Sequence record: OR062527
DNA length: 64,000 bases
Strand: one strand, 5' to 3'
DNA from: Escherichia phage vB_EcoM_11B_SA_NWU
In this document: positions 20,690-30,548 of the stretch, piece after piece
Layout: each line of letters begins with the position of its first letter
Position numbering within the stretch: the first letter of the stretch is position 1
Program-made: the position numbers and the translations under genes
Notes under the pieces: model-generated
Databases searched by the model: none
Seen by the model: only the letters and a program-made list of their open reading frames with translations
What the model was told of the DNA's origin: nothing

Positions 20690-21784
20690 ATGGCAATTGT
20701 TAAAGAAATAACTGCTGATTTAATTAAAAAGTCCGGTGAAACAATTTCAGCCGGACAGAGTACTAAATCAGAAGTAGGAACTAAAACATACACAGCCCAG
20801 TTTCCAACTGGGCGTGCTAGTGGTAATGACACTACAGGGGACTTCCAGGTAACAGATCTATATAAGAATGGATTATTATTTACTGCATACAATATGTCAT
20901 CTAGGGATTCTGGAAGTCTTAGAACGATGAGATCTAACTACTCTTCTTCATCTTCGAGTATTTTACGTACAGCCAGAAACACTATCAGTAATACAGTATC
21001 AAAACTATCAAATGGACTAATATCAGATAATAATTCAGGAACAATAAGTAAAGTTCCTGTTGCAAATATTCTTTTACCTAGATCTAAATCTGACGTCGAT
21101 ACGTCATCACATAGATTTAATGATGTTCAAGATAGTCTTATTACAAAAGGCGGAGGTACTGCTACTGGTGTGCTAAGCAATATGGCTTCAACCGCAGTAT
21201 TTGGAGCGTTGGAAAGTATAACACAAGGTATAATGGCTGATAATAATGAACAGATCTATACAACAGCCAGAAGCATGTACGGCGGTGCTGAAAATAGAAC
21301 TAAAGTGTTCACTTGGGATTTAACTCCGCGCTCAACAGAAGATTTAATGGCTATTATTAATATCTATCAGTATTTTAACTATTTTTCTTATGGTGAAACT
21401 GGTAAATCTCAATATGCTGCTGAAATAAAAGGATATTTAGATGAGTGGTATCGTTCTACATTTATTGAACCATTAACGCCAGAAGACGCGATTAAAAACA
21501 AGACGTTATTTGAAAAAATGACATCGAGTTTAACGAACGTTCTTGTAGTTTCAAACCCGACAATTTGGATGGTGAAAAACTTTGGTGCAACTTCTAAATT
21601 TGATGGAAAGACTGAAGTATTCGGTCCATGCCAAATACAGAGTATTAGATTTGATAAAACACCAAATGGTAACTTTAATGGATTAGCTATTGCTCCTAAC
21701 CTTCCAAGTTCTTTTACACTCGAGATTACTATGAGAGAGATTATTACGTTAAACCGTGCTTCTTTATATACGGGGACTTTCTAA
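20690..21784 (+). CDS. 48: Baseplate tail tube cap gp48
   Basis: 364 aa as T4 gp48. Confidence 0.9.
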   Translation: MAIVKEITADLIKKSGETISAGQSTKSEVGTKTYTAQFPTGRASGNDTTGDFQVTDLYKNGLLFTAYNMSSRDSGSLRTMRSNYSSSSSSILRTARNTISNTVSKLSNGLISDNNSGTISKVPVANILLPRSKSDVDTSSHRFNDVQDSLITKGGGTATGVLSNMASTAVFGALESITQGIMADNNEQIYTTARSMYGGAENRTKVFTWDLTPRSTEDLMAIINIYQYFNYFSYGETGKSQYAAEIKGYLDEWYRSTFIEPLTPEDAIKNKTLFEKMTSSLTNVLVVSNPTIWMVKNFGATSKFDGKTEVFGPCQIQSIRFDKTPNGNFNGLAIAPNLPSSFTLEITMREIITLNRASLYTGTF

Positions 21785-22749
21785 TGTATTCTTTAGAGGA
21801 ATTTAATAATCAAGCAATAAACGCAGACTTCCAACGTAATAATATGTTCAGCTGTGTTTTTGCTACAACTCCATCAACTAAAAGCTCATCGTTAATAAGC
21901 TCAATTAGTAACTTTGCTTATAATAACTTGGGTCTAAATTCAGATTGGTTGGGATTAACTCAAGGTGATATTAATCAGGGAATTACCACGCTAATTACCG
22001 CTGGCACACAAAAACTAATAAGAAAATCGGGAGTCAGTAAATATCTTATTGGAGCTATGAGTCAGCGTACTGTTCAGAGTTTATTAGGCTCATTTACAGT
22101 TGGTACATATTTAATTGACTTCTTTAACATGGCATATAACTCATCTGGATTGATGATATACTCTGTAAAAATGCCAGAGAATAGATTATCCTATGAAACT
22201 GACTGGAACTATAATTCTCCTAATATTCGTATAACTGGAAGAGAATTAGACCCTTTGGTTATTTCATTCAGAATGGATTCAGAAGCTTGTAACTATCGTG
22301 CAATGCAAGACTGGGTTAACGCTGTTCAAGACCCAGTAACTGGATTGCGTGCTTTGCCGCAAGATGTCGAGGCAGATATTCAGGTTAATCTTCATTCTCG
22401 CAATGGATTACCACATACTGCGGTGATGTTCACTGGATGCATTCCAATATCAGTGAGCGCTCCTGAGTTATCATATGATGGAGATAACCAAATAACTACA
22501 TTTGACGTTACTTTTGCGTATAGAGTGATGCAGGCTGGAGCAGTTGATAGACAAGCTGCCCTTGAATGGCTTGAATCTGCTACTATAAATGGTATTCAAA
22601 GCGTTCTCGGAAATAGTGGAGGTGTTACTGGACTATCTAATTCGCTTTCACGACTTAGTAGATTAGGGGGAACTGCAGGAAGCATTTCAAATATTAATAC
22701 TATGACAGGAATTGTCAATTCGCAAAGTAAAATATTAGGAGCAATATAA
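21784..22749 (+). CDS. 54: Baseplate tail tube initiator gp54
   Basis: 321 aa; ATGA overlap with gene 48. Confidence 0.9.
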   Translation: MYSLEEFNNQAINADFQRNNMFSCVFATTPSTKSSSLISSISNFAYNNLGLNSDWLGLTQGDINQGITTLITAGTQKLIRKSGVSKYLIGAMSQRTVQSLLGSFTVGTYLIDFFNMAYNSSGLMIYSVKMPENRLSYETDWNYNSPNIRITGRELDPLVISFRMDSEACNYRAMQDWVNAVQDPVTGLRALPQDVEADIQVNLHSRNGLPHTAVMFTGCIPISVSAPELSYDGDNQITTFDVTFAYRVMQAGAVDRQAALEWLESATINGIQSVLGNSGGVTGLSNSLSRLSRLGGTAGSISNINTMTGIVNSQSKILGAI

Positions 22750-22753
22750 CAAT

Positions 22754-22780
22754 GGGGACCGAAAGGTCCCCATATTTTTA
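22754..22780 (+). terminator. Terminator after gene 54 (ggggacc-GAAA-ggtcccc plus T-rich tract)
   Basis: 7-bp GC stem followed by atatttttattt; between convergent transcription units. Confidence 0.65.
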
Positions 22781-23068
22781 TTTACGGAATGAAATAAAAG
22801 CAGCAACTGAAGCAACAGAGGTTTCTTCAATATAAACCTCAATTTTTACCGGAGCTTCTGACTCAAATTTACCTGTTACTACACCTTGGAAAATACTTTC
22901 AGTCTGTTCTGGCTTTGAAAAATTTTCAGAAGGAAAAATTCCAAACTTTTTATCGGTTCCGAAAATTTTAATAAATTCATCATAAACTGCTTCATTGAAA
23001 GCGTTATCAGCGGGAATAACGCCTTCAACGACGAGTTCTTGACCTAAAAAGCGCAAAGAAGATTTCAT
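22778..23068 (-). CDS. Hypothetical protein, positional equivalent of alt.-3
   Basis: 96-aa ORF with own promoter and SD gagga. Confidence 0.6.
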   Translation of the reverse strand: MKSSLRFLGQELVVEGVIPADNAFNEAVYDEFIKIFGTDKKFGIFPSENFSKPEQTESIFQGVVTGKFESEAPVKIEVYIEETSVASVAAFISFRK

Positions 23069-23099
23069 TTTGTGTTCCTCATGTTATGTCAGTAAAACT

Positions 23100-23128
23100 A
23101 CTATAACACAATACGAGGGACTTGTAAA
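23100..23128 (-). promoter_or_regulatory. Early sigma70-type promoter: -35 TTTACA, 17-nt spacer, -10 TATAGT
   Basis: Minus strand GTTTACAagtccctcgtattgtgtTATAGT; near-identical copy upstream of alc. Confidence 0.55.
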
Positions 23129-25186
23129 CTACATTTTGAACTTTTTAGACATTCTGTTGATGTTAACCAAAGAAGCTAAGATTTGAGAAACTTCGCTTTC
23201 CTCTTCTTTTGATTCTTCTACAAGGAATTGATTAAATCCAGCCATTGGACGAACTTCACCAGTTTCCATTAGATGGTCACCATCATATACCGATTCCTCT
23301 AATTGTTCAGAAGGAGGAACAATCGTGCCTTCAATTAGATACTTATTATAAGCGGTTTCTTTCATCATGTACGTACTTACTTTATTAATCTTCAGTAAAA
23401 TTCCACGCGGCAAAATAACTTCAGCTTCGGATGGAAATCCTGATAAATGACCCGGAACGATAACTTTAACTCGTTCAGCTCCTTTAATTACCATACCTAC
23501 ATTAGTTTCAGCGTCTTCATTCGCATATGTAGAATGACTACCCATATGCATTAAATCTTCAGCATCAACTGAACCTTCTCCTTCACCAGAAAATACTGTT
23601 CCAGCGTCATCTAAAGCCATATAATTTTTACCATATTCACCGAAGATATTTGGCTTGAGTGAAGTAGATACAAAGTTCTTGAAATAGAACATTTTATTTT
23701 CTATATTATGACGTAAAGTTTTAAAAGTAACTTCTTGGCCACGGTAAAGTGTAGTTCCCGGAGGAAGAACTGAACCTTTAGCAAATGCAGAATCCAACGT
23801 CTCAATGTGCTTAATAGCACGTTCCATATATTCTTCACGTGTAGAATCAGGTTTACCTAAAAGGAACGAGTTCATTTCAACATATGAATCTGCGCAATAA
23901 TCTTCAATTACATCAGACTCAGCCTGAGTTAATCCTTTTGGAGTTACTTCAGTGCTTGCATATTCATATGCCTGAGCAGCAGATTCATCAATTAATTTAT
24001 AAATTCCATTCATTACAAATTGAATAATAGCTGTCTTTTCATCTGGTGTAGCTTTAGAACCTTTAACTAAATCATTGACAATTTTCTTAATAACATCAAA
24101 GCTATTAGAAATATTAATGTCAGCAAGATCGCTTAAAATTTTATCAGTTTTATAATCAAAGAATTCTTTATTCTTTAAATATTCTTGAGAACCTTGATAT
24201 GTTATATCGCTCTGCAGCTTGATAGATGGATCGCGTAAACGTGCATGGGCCAATGCAATATGATTTCGGAAGCTTTCGAGTTCATAATCACTAGATTTAA
24301 AACGAGAAGCACTTCTCATACCACCGATAGCTCCTTTGCTAAAGTTTGAACCAACCTGAATAACGCCAGAGTTCATTGGTCCTTCTGCTTTATATACCGG
24401 AACTTTAGATTCAAACTCTTGATATTTCTTAGCAGCGAAGCTATCACCCTGAAGTGAAGCATCAACAGTAGAATATTGAGCTTGTGCTGCTAATCGACGA
24501 CTAATTTTAGTTTTCTGAATAACAGCTTGATCCGTGCGCTTATCATTTTCTAAAGCAATAGAAGCAGCAACAGCAACAGCTTTAGGAACAGCATTACCTG
24601 TTTTAACGTCTACATAAACATCACCAACCTTTGATTCAACTTTTGTGAATAACTCGGTTGAAATAGGAGGTACACCTGGAATGTCTTCTAAATTGGCATT
24701 TTTACGGTAAACCATAATATATGCGTACTTTTTATCATAATCCCAGATTTCCTTTAAAAGAACATATCGACCTGCTCCTTTAGTACGTACTAAACGGTCA
24801 GCAATAACTTGCATTTGACGAGCTGCGCCATTTGTTTTACTTTTTAGTACGCGGAATAGGCATGCATCAATTTTATACTGCTTCATTGTTTGAAGAGCAG
24901 TATCAAAAACAGCATTAATGACGCCAATTGGATTTCCACCCAAGTTTTTAAGCTTAACTAATGATAGTTTCTCATTAACACCTATCATTACGATATGCAT
25001 CATTTTGTCGCCTGGCTTAACGTTTTTATTCGTATCACCGCCAGAGGTGTATGTACAAAATCTAAATCCAGGAAGCACGCTTTCTTCACCTGCTTGAATA
25101 GCAAAAATTTGAGGTATTTTATGCTTAGGATTTAAGTTAACAACCGGCGCCGAAGCGCCGTCAAATAATTCTGTAATAAGTTCCAT
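23129..25186 (-). CDS. Alt-like ADP-ribosyltransferase paralog (685 aa)
   Basis: N-terminus MELITELFD..., ART motifs YRG, FVSTSL and SEAEVILPRG; paralogous to adjacent alt. Confidence 0.8.
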   Translation of the reverse strand: MELITELFDGASAPVVNLNPKHKIPQIFAIQAGEESVLPGFRFCTYTSGGDTNKNVKPGDKMMHIVMIGVNEKLSLVKLKNLGGNPIGVINAVFDTALQTMKQYKIDACLFRVLKSKTNGAARQMQVIADRLVRTKGAGRYVLLKEIWDYDKKYAYIMVYRKNANLEDIPGVPPISTELFTKVESKVGDVYVDVKTGNAVPKAVAVAASIALENDKRTDQAVIQKTKISRRLAAQAQYSTVDASLQGDSFAAKKYQEFESKVPVYKAEGPMNSGVIQVGSNFSKGAIGGMRSASRFKSSDYELESFRNHIALAHARLRDPSIKLQSDITYQGSQEYLKNKEFFDYKTDKILSDLADINISNSFDVIKKIVNDLVKGSKATPDEKTAIIQFVMNGIYKLIDESAAQAYEYASTEVTPKGLTQAESDVIEDYCADSYVEMNSFLLGKPDSTREEYMERAIKHIETLDSAFAKGSVLPPGTTLYRGQEVTFKTLRHNIENKMFYFKNFVSTSLKPNIFGEYGKNYMALDDAGTVFSGEGEGSVDAEDLMHMGSHSTYANEDAETNVGMVIKGAERVKVIVPGHLSGFPSEAEVILPRGILLKINKVSTYMMKETAYNKYLIEGTIVPPSEQLEESVYDGDHLMETGEVRPMAGFNQFLVEESKEEESEVSQILASLVNINRMSKKFKM

Positions 25187-25189
25187 GAT

Positions 25190-27283
25190 TTATCCTTGAA
25201 CGAACTTGTAAGGCATGTTTGTAATATCTATGCAAGACGCAATAATTCCAAGAGATGATTCTACTTTCTGTTTAATATTTGATGAAACAAATGATGCAAA
25301 GTCAACTCTGTCTTCTATTTCAATATCACCTGTCATTGCAACCAATTCACCAGTTTCCATTAAATGGTCTCCGTCATAGATTACCGATTCGGTGAGCTCT
25401 TCTGTGGTCATAACTTCAGCTTGAATGAGTTTTGTATTATTAGATGTTGTTCCGTCATTATTAGAAGCATCAGTTATTTTATTAACCTTGACCATCAATC
25501 CGCGTGGTAGAATAACTTCAGCTTCTGTTGCTATTCCGAGACTTCCTGGATATACAACATTAACTTTATGAGCTCCATCAATTGCCCATCCTATTTGAAC
25601 TTTAACATATTCAGGATTTTCTTTATACGCTCTTATTTCGTTTGGATTAATAGTTATTCCTTCTTCATTTTTATCAACTGTTAATTCATTGCGAGCTTCT
25701 GGTTCTAAAAGACCAATACCAGCATGTGTGATTCCAAAACGTCCAAAAATGATAGGAGTTAAAGAAGTAGATACAAAATTTCTGAAGTAGAACACTTTAT
25801 TTTTAACTAACGCTTCATATATAGGAGCAGTCATACTTTGAGCACGATAAACTGTAATGCCTTCTGGTATACGGTCACCATTTTCAAAAGCTGAATCTAA
25901 GTTATTTATAGCAGATTCAATTTCTTTTTCACTCATTACATCGTATCGTTCTGGATTGTAACGACCTAAAAGAAGATTATTGATGTCAGTATATCCTGAA
26001 CCGCAATATTCTCTAATGCCACGCTTTTGTGATGGAGTATATTTAGAACCATCGCGTGCAATAGTAATATCAATCATTGGACCAGCACCAATTCCAGAAA
26101 AACTGTAAATCATTCGTTTGAGGAATTTAGTTTTTGTTGCGTTCCAGGAATTTTTAGTTATTTCTTCCCAGACTTCATCTGATTGTCCTTTACGATTTTT
26201 ATTATGATTAGCAAGCCATTTATCTTTATAATCTTCAAAGAATTGATTTACAGCTGCTGCGTATTTCTCTAAACATTTTATTGAAGTAGTTGGTTCATTT
26301 TTAATTGCATTAAAAATTACTTCTTTAATTTTTTCTGAAACTTCACCGACTTGACTCATTGGAAAGAATTTATAATCATAGTGAAGTTCATCTGCCGTTC
26401 CTTCGGCAATAATTTTTGCTGCCTTTGTTTTAGAAGCTAATGAATTAATTCCAATTTTCATTTCTTCTGCTTCGGGAATTAAAGGTGCAGTAGCTGGTTT
26501 ATTAAAATTGGCTGCTGTAGATTCATACTTCTGGAATAATTCACTTTCAAATCTAGAAGATTCCAATGACTGACTTTGTGCAATTGCTCTACGGGAAATT
26601 TTAACTTTAACGATTACAGCTTGGTCAGAACGTTTATCATTTTCTTGTGCAATAGATGCTGCAATTGCCTCATTTTTAGTTACTTGAGCACCAGTATCTT
26701 TATTGATATAAACATCACCGACCTTCGATTCAACTTTAGTAAAGAGCTCTGTACTAATTTCCGGAACTCCTGGAATGTCTTCTAGTGATACATTTTTGCG
26801 ATGTATAAGAATATATGCATACTTTTTATCGTAATCCCAGAGTTCCTTAAGAAGGACGTATCTGCCACCTGAACGACTGCGGATGAGTCTATCAGCAATA
26901 AGTTGAATTTGTCGAGCTTGACCGGCGGTTTTAGACTTAAGAATACGAAGCATACAGGCATCAATTTTATATTGACGCATTGTTTGCATTGCAACAGTAA
27001 AAACAGAATTGATATAATTAATCGGGCTTGGACCAAGACCTTTTAATTTAGCAATTGAACCTTTAGCAGTTAATGTAAAAGGAACAATATGCATCATTTT
27101 GTCGCCCATCTTTAAATCACGATTAGTATCACCTCCAGATGTATAGGTACATAAACGAAAGCCTGGTTGTTCAATTGCATCATCAACATGAACTGAAAAA
27201 ATTTGTGGTATTTTCTTCTTTGGATTTAAGTTTGTAATCGGAAGAGTAGTATCTTCGTCAAATAATTCTGTAATAAGTTCCAT
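25190..27283 (-). CDS. alt: Alt, capsid-packaged ADP-ribosyltransferase (697 aa)
   Basis: Size close to T4 Alt (682 aa); R / STS / ExE-type motifs; late promoter upstream; adjacent to gene 30. Confidence 0.8.
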   Translation of the reverse strand: MELITELFDEDTTLPITNLNPKKKIPQIFSVHVDDAIEQPGFRLCTYTSGGDTNRDLKMGDKMMHIVPFTLTAKGSIAKLKGLGPSPINYINSVFTVAMQTMRQYKIDACMLRILKSKTAGQARQIQLIADRLIRSRSGGRYVLLKELWDYDKKYAYILIHRKNVSLEDIPGVPEISTELFTKVESKVGDVYINKDTGAQVTKNEAIAASIAQENDKRSDQAVIVKVKISRRAIAQSQSLESSRFESELFQKYESTAANFNKPATAPLIPEAEEMKIGINSLASKTKAAKIIAEGTADELHYDYKFFPMSQVGEVSEKIKEVIFNAIKNEPTTSIKCLEKYAAAVNQFFEDYKDKWLANHNKNRKGQSDEVWEEITKNSWNATKTKFLKRMIYSFSGIGAGPMIDITIARDGSKYTPSQKRGIREYCGSGYTDINNLLLGRYNPERYDVMSEKEIESAINNLDSAFENGDRIPEGITVYRAQSMTAPIYEALVKNKVFYFRNFVSTSLTPIIFGRFGITHAGIGLLEPEARNELTVDKNEEGITINPNEIRAYKENPEYVKVQIGWAIDGAHKVNVVYPGSLGIATEAEVILPRGLMVKVNKITDASNNDGTTSNNTKLIQAEVMTTEELTESVIYDGDHLMETGELVAMTGDIEIEDRVDFASFVSSNIKQKVESSLGIIASCIDITNMPYKFVQG

Positions 27284-27306
27284 GTTATCCTCTCTAGTGT
27301 TTATTC

Positions 27307-27314
27307 TATTTATA
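27307..27314 (-). promoter_or_regulatory. Late promoter core TATAAATA (minus strand) for alt
   Basis: Plus tatttata, 23 nt upstream of alt ATG. Confidence 0.55.
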
Positions 27315-27319
27315 AAATT

Positions 27320-27337
27320 AAAGGCCCGAAGGCCTTT
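27320..27337. other. Hairpin aaaggcc-CGAA-ggccttt between the 61-aa ORF and the alt late promoter
   Basis: 7-bp stem read directly; may terminate or attenuate upstream early transcripts. Confidence 0.4.
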
Positions 27338-27339
27338 AA

Positions 27340-27525
27340 TTAATAGAGAGCTAAAAGAGTACGATATACTTCAAACTTTGGACCTTTTTCATATGGATCA
27401 AATCTTTCCGTGAATTCATCATATGCTAGTTTATCTGGGAATTCAAGAATAACCTGCGATACCGCAGTGGAAACATCTCCACCTTCTTTTTGAGCCACGA
27501 CAATTGTTTCTAAGTAAGCTTTCAT
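27340..27525 (-). CDS. Hypothetical small protein (61 aa)
   Basis: ORF overlapping gene 30 stop by 4 nt. Confidence 0.5.
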   Translation of the reverse strand: MKAYLETIVVAQKEGGDVSTAVSQVILEFPDKLAYDEFTERFDPYEKGPKFEVYRTLLALY

Positions 27526-28985
27526 AAACCAGTTACCTCATGAAAATCGCCAAATACATCTTCGAACGTATTAGCTTTAGTTTTATCTTCACGTAAACGA
27601 ATTGCAATTGGAAGAAATAGCTTAACGTAATCAGTACGTCCATCTAATTTTACCCAGCCGTTGCATTCGCACTCTAGAATTTTTCCAATATAATAATTTT
27701 GGTTTTCCATAATGCGAGTACGGTCAAGTTCATGCGATTTTACGCCGGCTTTATCTTTTAAGCCTGAACCAGCATTTACTTTAATTTTTCCACACTCTGA
27801 TTCAAGAATGAAACCACCTGCTTTAGTAGGGTCTTTACGGTGAGGATAAATTCCTACAATTTTTAAATCAACATCAATTACTTCTTTAAATTTATAAAGA
27901 TTTTTTGAACGAGCATTTTCCCATAATCCATCGATATTTTTGAGAATAATACCTTCAAGACCTTGGTCAATATACTTTTTGTAAATTACCTTAGCTTCAT
28001 CTAGGTTATTTACTACTTGGTTTTCAATTAAAATTACTTTATCATAGCCTGATGTCATTTGTTCTAGTTTAGAAAAACGTACATCATATTTTAAACGAAA
28101 CGCCGGAAGACCGTATATTTCTACCAACGGAACATAATCCCAGACCTGAAACTTCATGCATTGAGCTTCTTTTTCTGAAATAGTTCCCTTTAAAGATTTA
28201 TTAGCGATTCCATTAGAAGTAGTACGTGATTCAGCTACTTCGGCGAATTCTTTAGCTTTACTAATTTCAGGATAAGCATCAAAAAGAAAATCTAGGCCTT
28301 CTGGCTCCTTTTCAACTTGCTCATGGTATACCAATTCGCCATCAATTAACACACCTTCTGGATGAATCTGGCGAGCTTCTGCAGTCATTTTGATTAACTC
28401 TTCTTTGAGAAGATCTAATCCTAGATATTCATTACCAGCTCGTGATAAAAGACGAACATCATCTAATTCATCACCTCTGACTTCAGCAAAGCACCGAGCT
28501 CCATCAGCTTTTAATTGGGCAAAGGCTGGAAATTTGATATTCTTATTAATGCCTTTTTCATCATAAGAACTTGCCAGCATTTGAGGTTGTTCAGGAATTA
28601 AACCTGGCCAAACTTTATTTGCAATAGATACAGAAGCACCACATTCAAGGTCTCGCATCATTACTCGACGTAATACTTCAACATCATCTTTTTTACCATC
28701 GGTGATATATCCGATTAATTCCTCAATTGCCGCATTTCCAGTCAATTTCCGAGTAGCTAACGTGAATTCAATGAAGTCAAGCATATCGGTAAGAGTCAAC
28801 ATTCCAAAACTCTGGGTAGTAATACCCGGTTTAGGCCATTTCTTGATATAATACTGTAACCCACGAGAATAAGTCAGACGATATACTCGTTTAAGCAATT
28901 CATTATCTTTATTCTTTTCAAGAATTGCTTGCTTCTGCTTAGTTGAACCAATAGATGCTATTTCGTTCAGAATTTTAAGAATCAT
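27522..28985 (-). CDS. 30: ATP-dependent DNA ligase gp30
   Basis: 487 aa; N-terminus MILKILNEIASIGSTKQKQ...; KADGARC motif I. Confidence 0.95.
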   Translation of the reverse strand: MILKILNEIASIGSTKQKQAILEKNKDNELLKRVYRLTYSRGLQYYIKKWPKPGITTQSFGMLTLTDMLDFIEFTLATRKLTGNAAIEELIGYITDGKKDDVEVLRRVMMRDLECGASVSIANKVWPGLIPEQPQMLASSYDEKGINKNIKFPAFAQLKADGARCFAEVRGDELDDVRLLSRAGNEYLGLDLLKEELIKMTAEARQIHPEGVLIDGELVYHEQVEKEPEGLDFLFDAYPEISKAKEFAEVAESRTTSNGIANKSLKGTISEKEAQCMKFQVWDYVPLVEIYGLPAFRLKYDVRFSKLEQMTSGYDKVILIENQVVNNLDEAKVIYKKYIDQGLEGIILKNIDGLWENARSKNLYKFKEVIDVDLKIVGIYPHRKDPTKAGGFILESECGKIKVNAGSGLKDKAGVKSHELDRTRIMENQNYYIGKILECECNGWVKLDGRTDYVKLFLPIAIRLREDKTKANTFEDVFGDFHEVTGL

Positions 28986-29251
28986 TGTTCATCCTTTAGA
29001 GTTTGGTTTACAGCTCTATTATAAATCAATTCATCATTAAGCTCAGTCAAAGACCTGTGGTACGTGGTTCTAACTTTATTTCCTTGCATCCAGTGCTTGA
29101 CGTAAATGAAACCTTGCTCTACACATTTTTTAAAAATTCGTTCGTCTTTTTGAGCTCGGAATTCTGGATTGCATCTAAAAAATTGATTTACGTGACCGTA
29201 ATCACGTGTAGTATTACCTTCATTTTCATAAATAGTGTGAACAACAAACAT
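28982..29251 (-). CDS. Hypothetical protein (30.1 position)
   Basis: 89-aa ORF, ATGA overlap with gene 30. Confidence 0.55.
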   Translation of the reverse strand: MFVVHTIYENEGNTTRDYGHVNQFFRCNPEFRAQKDERIFKKCVEQGFIYVKHWMQGNKVRTTYHRSLTELNDELIYNRAVNQTLKDEQ

Positions 29252-30087
29252 CAGAATGCTCCTTGGAAAATATTATCACCACTAGTAGGTCTATTATACA
29301 AATACTCTATGCCACCGGGTTTAATATAGTTCCATGTCTGAAACGGATGCGTCTGATATGGATGATATAGATTATAAGGATTAAATCCAGGAGTTCTCCA
29401 GGTAGTGTTCCAAGGAAAAGAATCATTTTTAATCATCTTTTCAATTACATCTTTTATAGCTTTTTCACTATCAAAACTTTCTTTATTTTCATTCGATGGA
29501 AAAAGCTTATTCTCTACATCATTCCATGTATAAACTCGCTGTGCAGTTTTTGGAATACTGTCACGCTCCCCTCGAGCCATCCAATAAACAGGAACATTTA
29601 ATATTTCACTCGCATGATCGCAGTGGTGAGCGAGATCGTCAATATAACAAATTACGTTATATTTCTCTTTTGCCTTTTTGAACAACTCTTCTTTTGAAGA
29701 ATCATGACCACACATCAATACTTCTGAGAAGGCACCAGGAAAAAGAGCATTCAAATTAAATTGACGATTCAGCAGAGCGTCAATAGAATCACCCAGTGCT
29801 GTAACAGCTACAAAATTATAATCTTCTTTTAATTTGTTAATTACACACAGGGCATCTTTATATGGAGACAAGTAACGAATAAAATCTGAACGATTGTATT
29901 TTTCAATTAACTTGACACCAAGTTCTTCATCACAATTAAAAAGTTTACCAGGTGAAATAAATTTTTCGTCCTGAATCATTTTTAAAATATGTTCTAATGG
30001 AAGATTATATTTTTGGGCAAAATAAGGAAGGCCTGATTGCCAGCTTAAACATACTCCATCAATATCAGTTAAAATAGTAGGCTTCAT
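29251..30087 (-). CDS. HAD-superfamily-like hydrolase, putative nucleotidase/phosphatase
   Basis: 278 aa; N-terminal motif ILTDIDGV (DxDG HAD motif I) and YIDDL near motif IV position. Confidence 0.6.
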   Translation of the reverse strand: MKPTILTDIDGVCLSWQSGLPYFAQKYNLPLEHILKMIQDEKFISPGKLFNCDEELGVKLIEKYNRSDFIRYLSPYKDALCVINKLKEDYNFVAVTALGDSIDALLNRQFNLNALFPGAFSEVLMCGHDSSKEELFKKAKEKYNVICYIDDLAHHCDHASEILNVPVYWMARGERDSIPKTAQRVYTWNDVENKLFPSNENKESFDSEKAIKDVIEKMIKNDSFPWNTTWRTPGFNPYNLYHPYQTHPFQTWNYIKPGGIEYLYNRPTSGDNIFQGAF

Positions 30088-30548
30088 AGAGAGTCTCTTA
30101 ATAGGTTTAACACATCAATAAATTCAGCTTCGGTTAGTATTGTATCATCTTTTGTTAGACCACTAGCCATGCTGTGCTTCAAAACTTTTCCTTTCGAGGC
30201 TTGTAATGCATCACGAAACCCCTTGTTTTGAATCGCTGCTTCAAAATATGCATTTGTATACAATTCTTTCCACGCTGGGGAGTATCTTGAAAATGGAACT
30301 CCGAGCCAGAAGAGGGTCCCACGGTCCGCAGCTCTTGCATAAGACCTTCCAGCTTGTTGGGCGGCAAGCCCGGATAACCCAAATATACGTCTTTGCTGCT
30401 CAACATTTTTCACCTTGCATCCTTGGAGGAATCCTTCAAGACCTCCGAATTGAATACCATCCATGACGAAAGGCCATTGGGCGAAATTACTTAATGCGCA
30501 TGATGGCCATCTAAAATTGCTTCTAATCTCTAACTCAGACATTTTCAA
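30084..30548 (-). CDS. NADAR / YbiA-like (DUF1768) domain protein
   Basis: 154 aa; LSNFAQWPFVMDG...GLEGFLQGCK closely matches the YbiA/NADAR signature FSNFAxWP..DG...E.FQ..K. Confidence 0.7.
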   Translation of the reverse strand: MKMSELEIRSNFRWPSCALSNFAQWPFVMDGIQFGGLEGFLQGCKVKNVEQQRRIFGLSGLAAQQAGRSYARAADRGTLFWLGVPFSRYSPAWKELYTNAYFEAAIQNKGFRDALQASKGKVLKHSMASGLTKDDTILTEAEFIDVLNLLRDSL

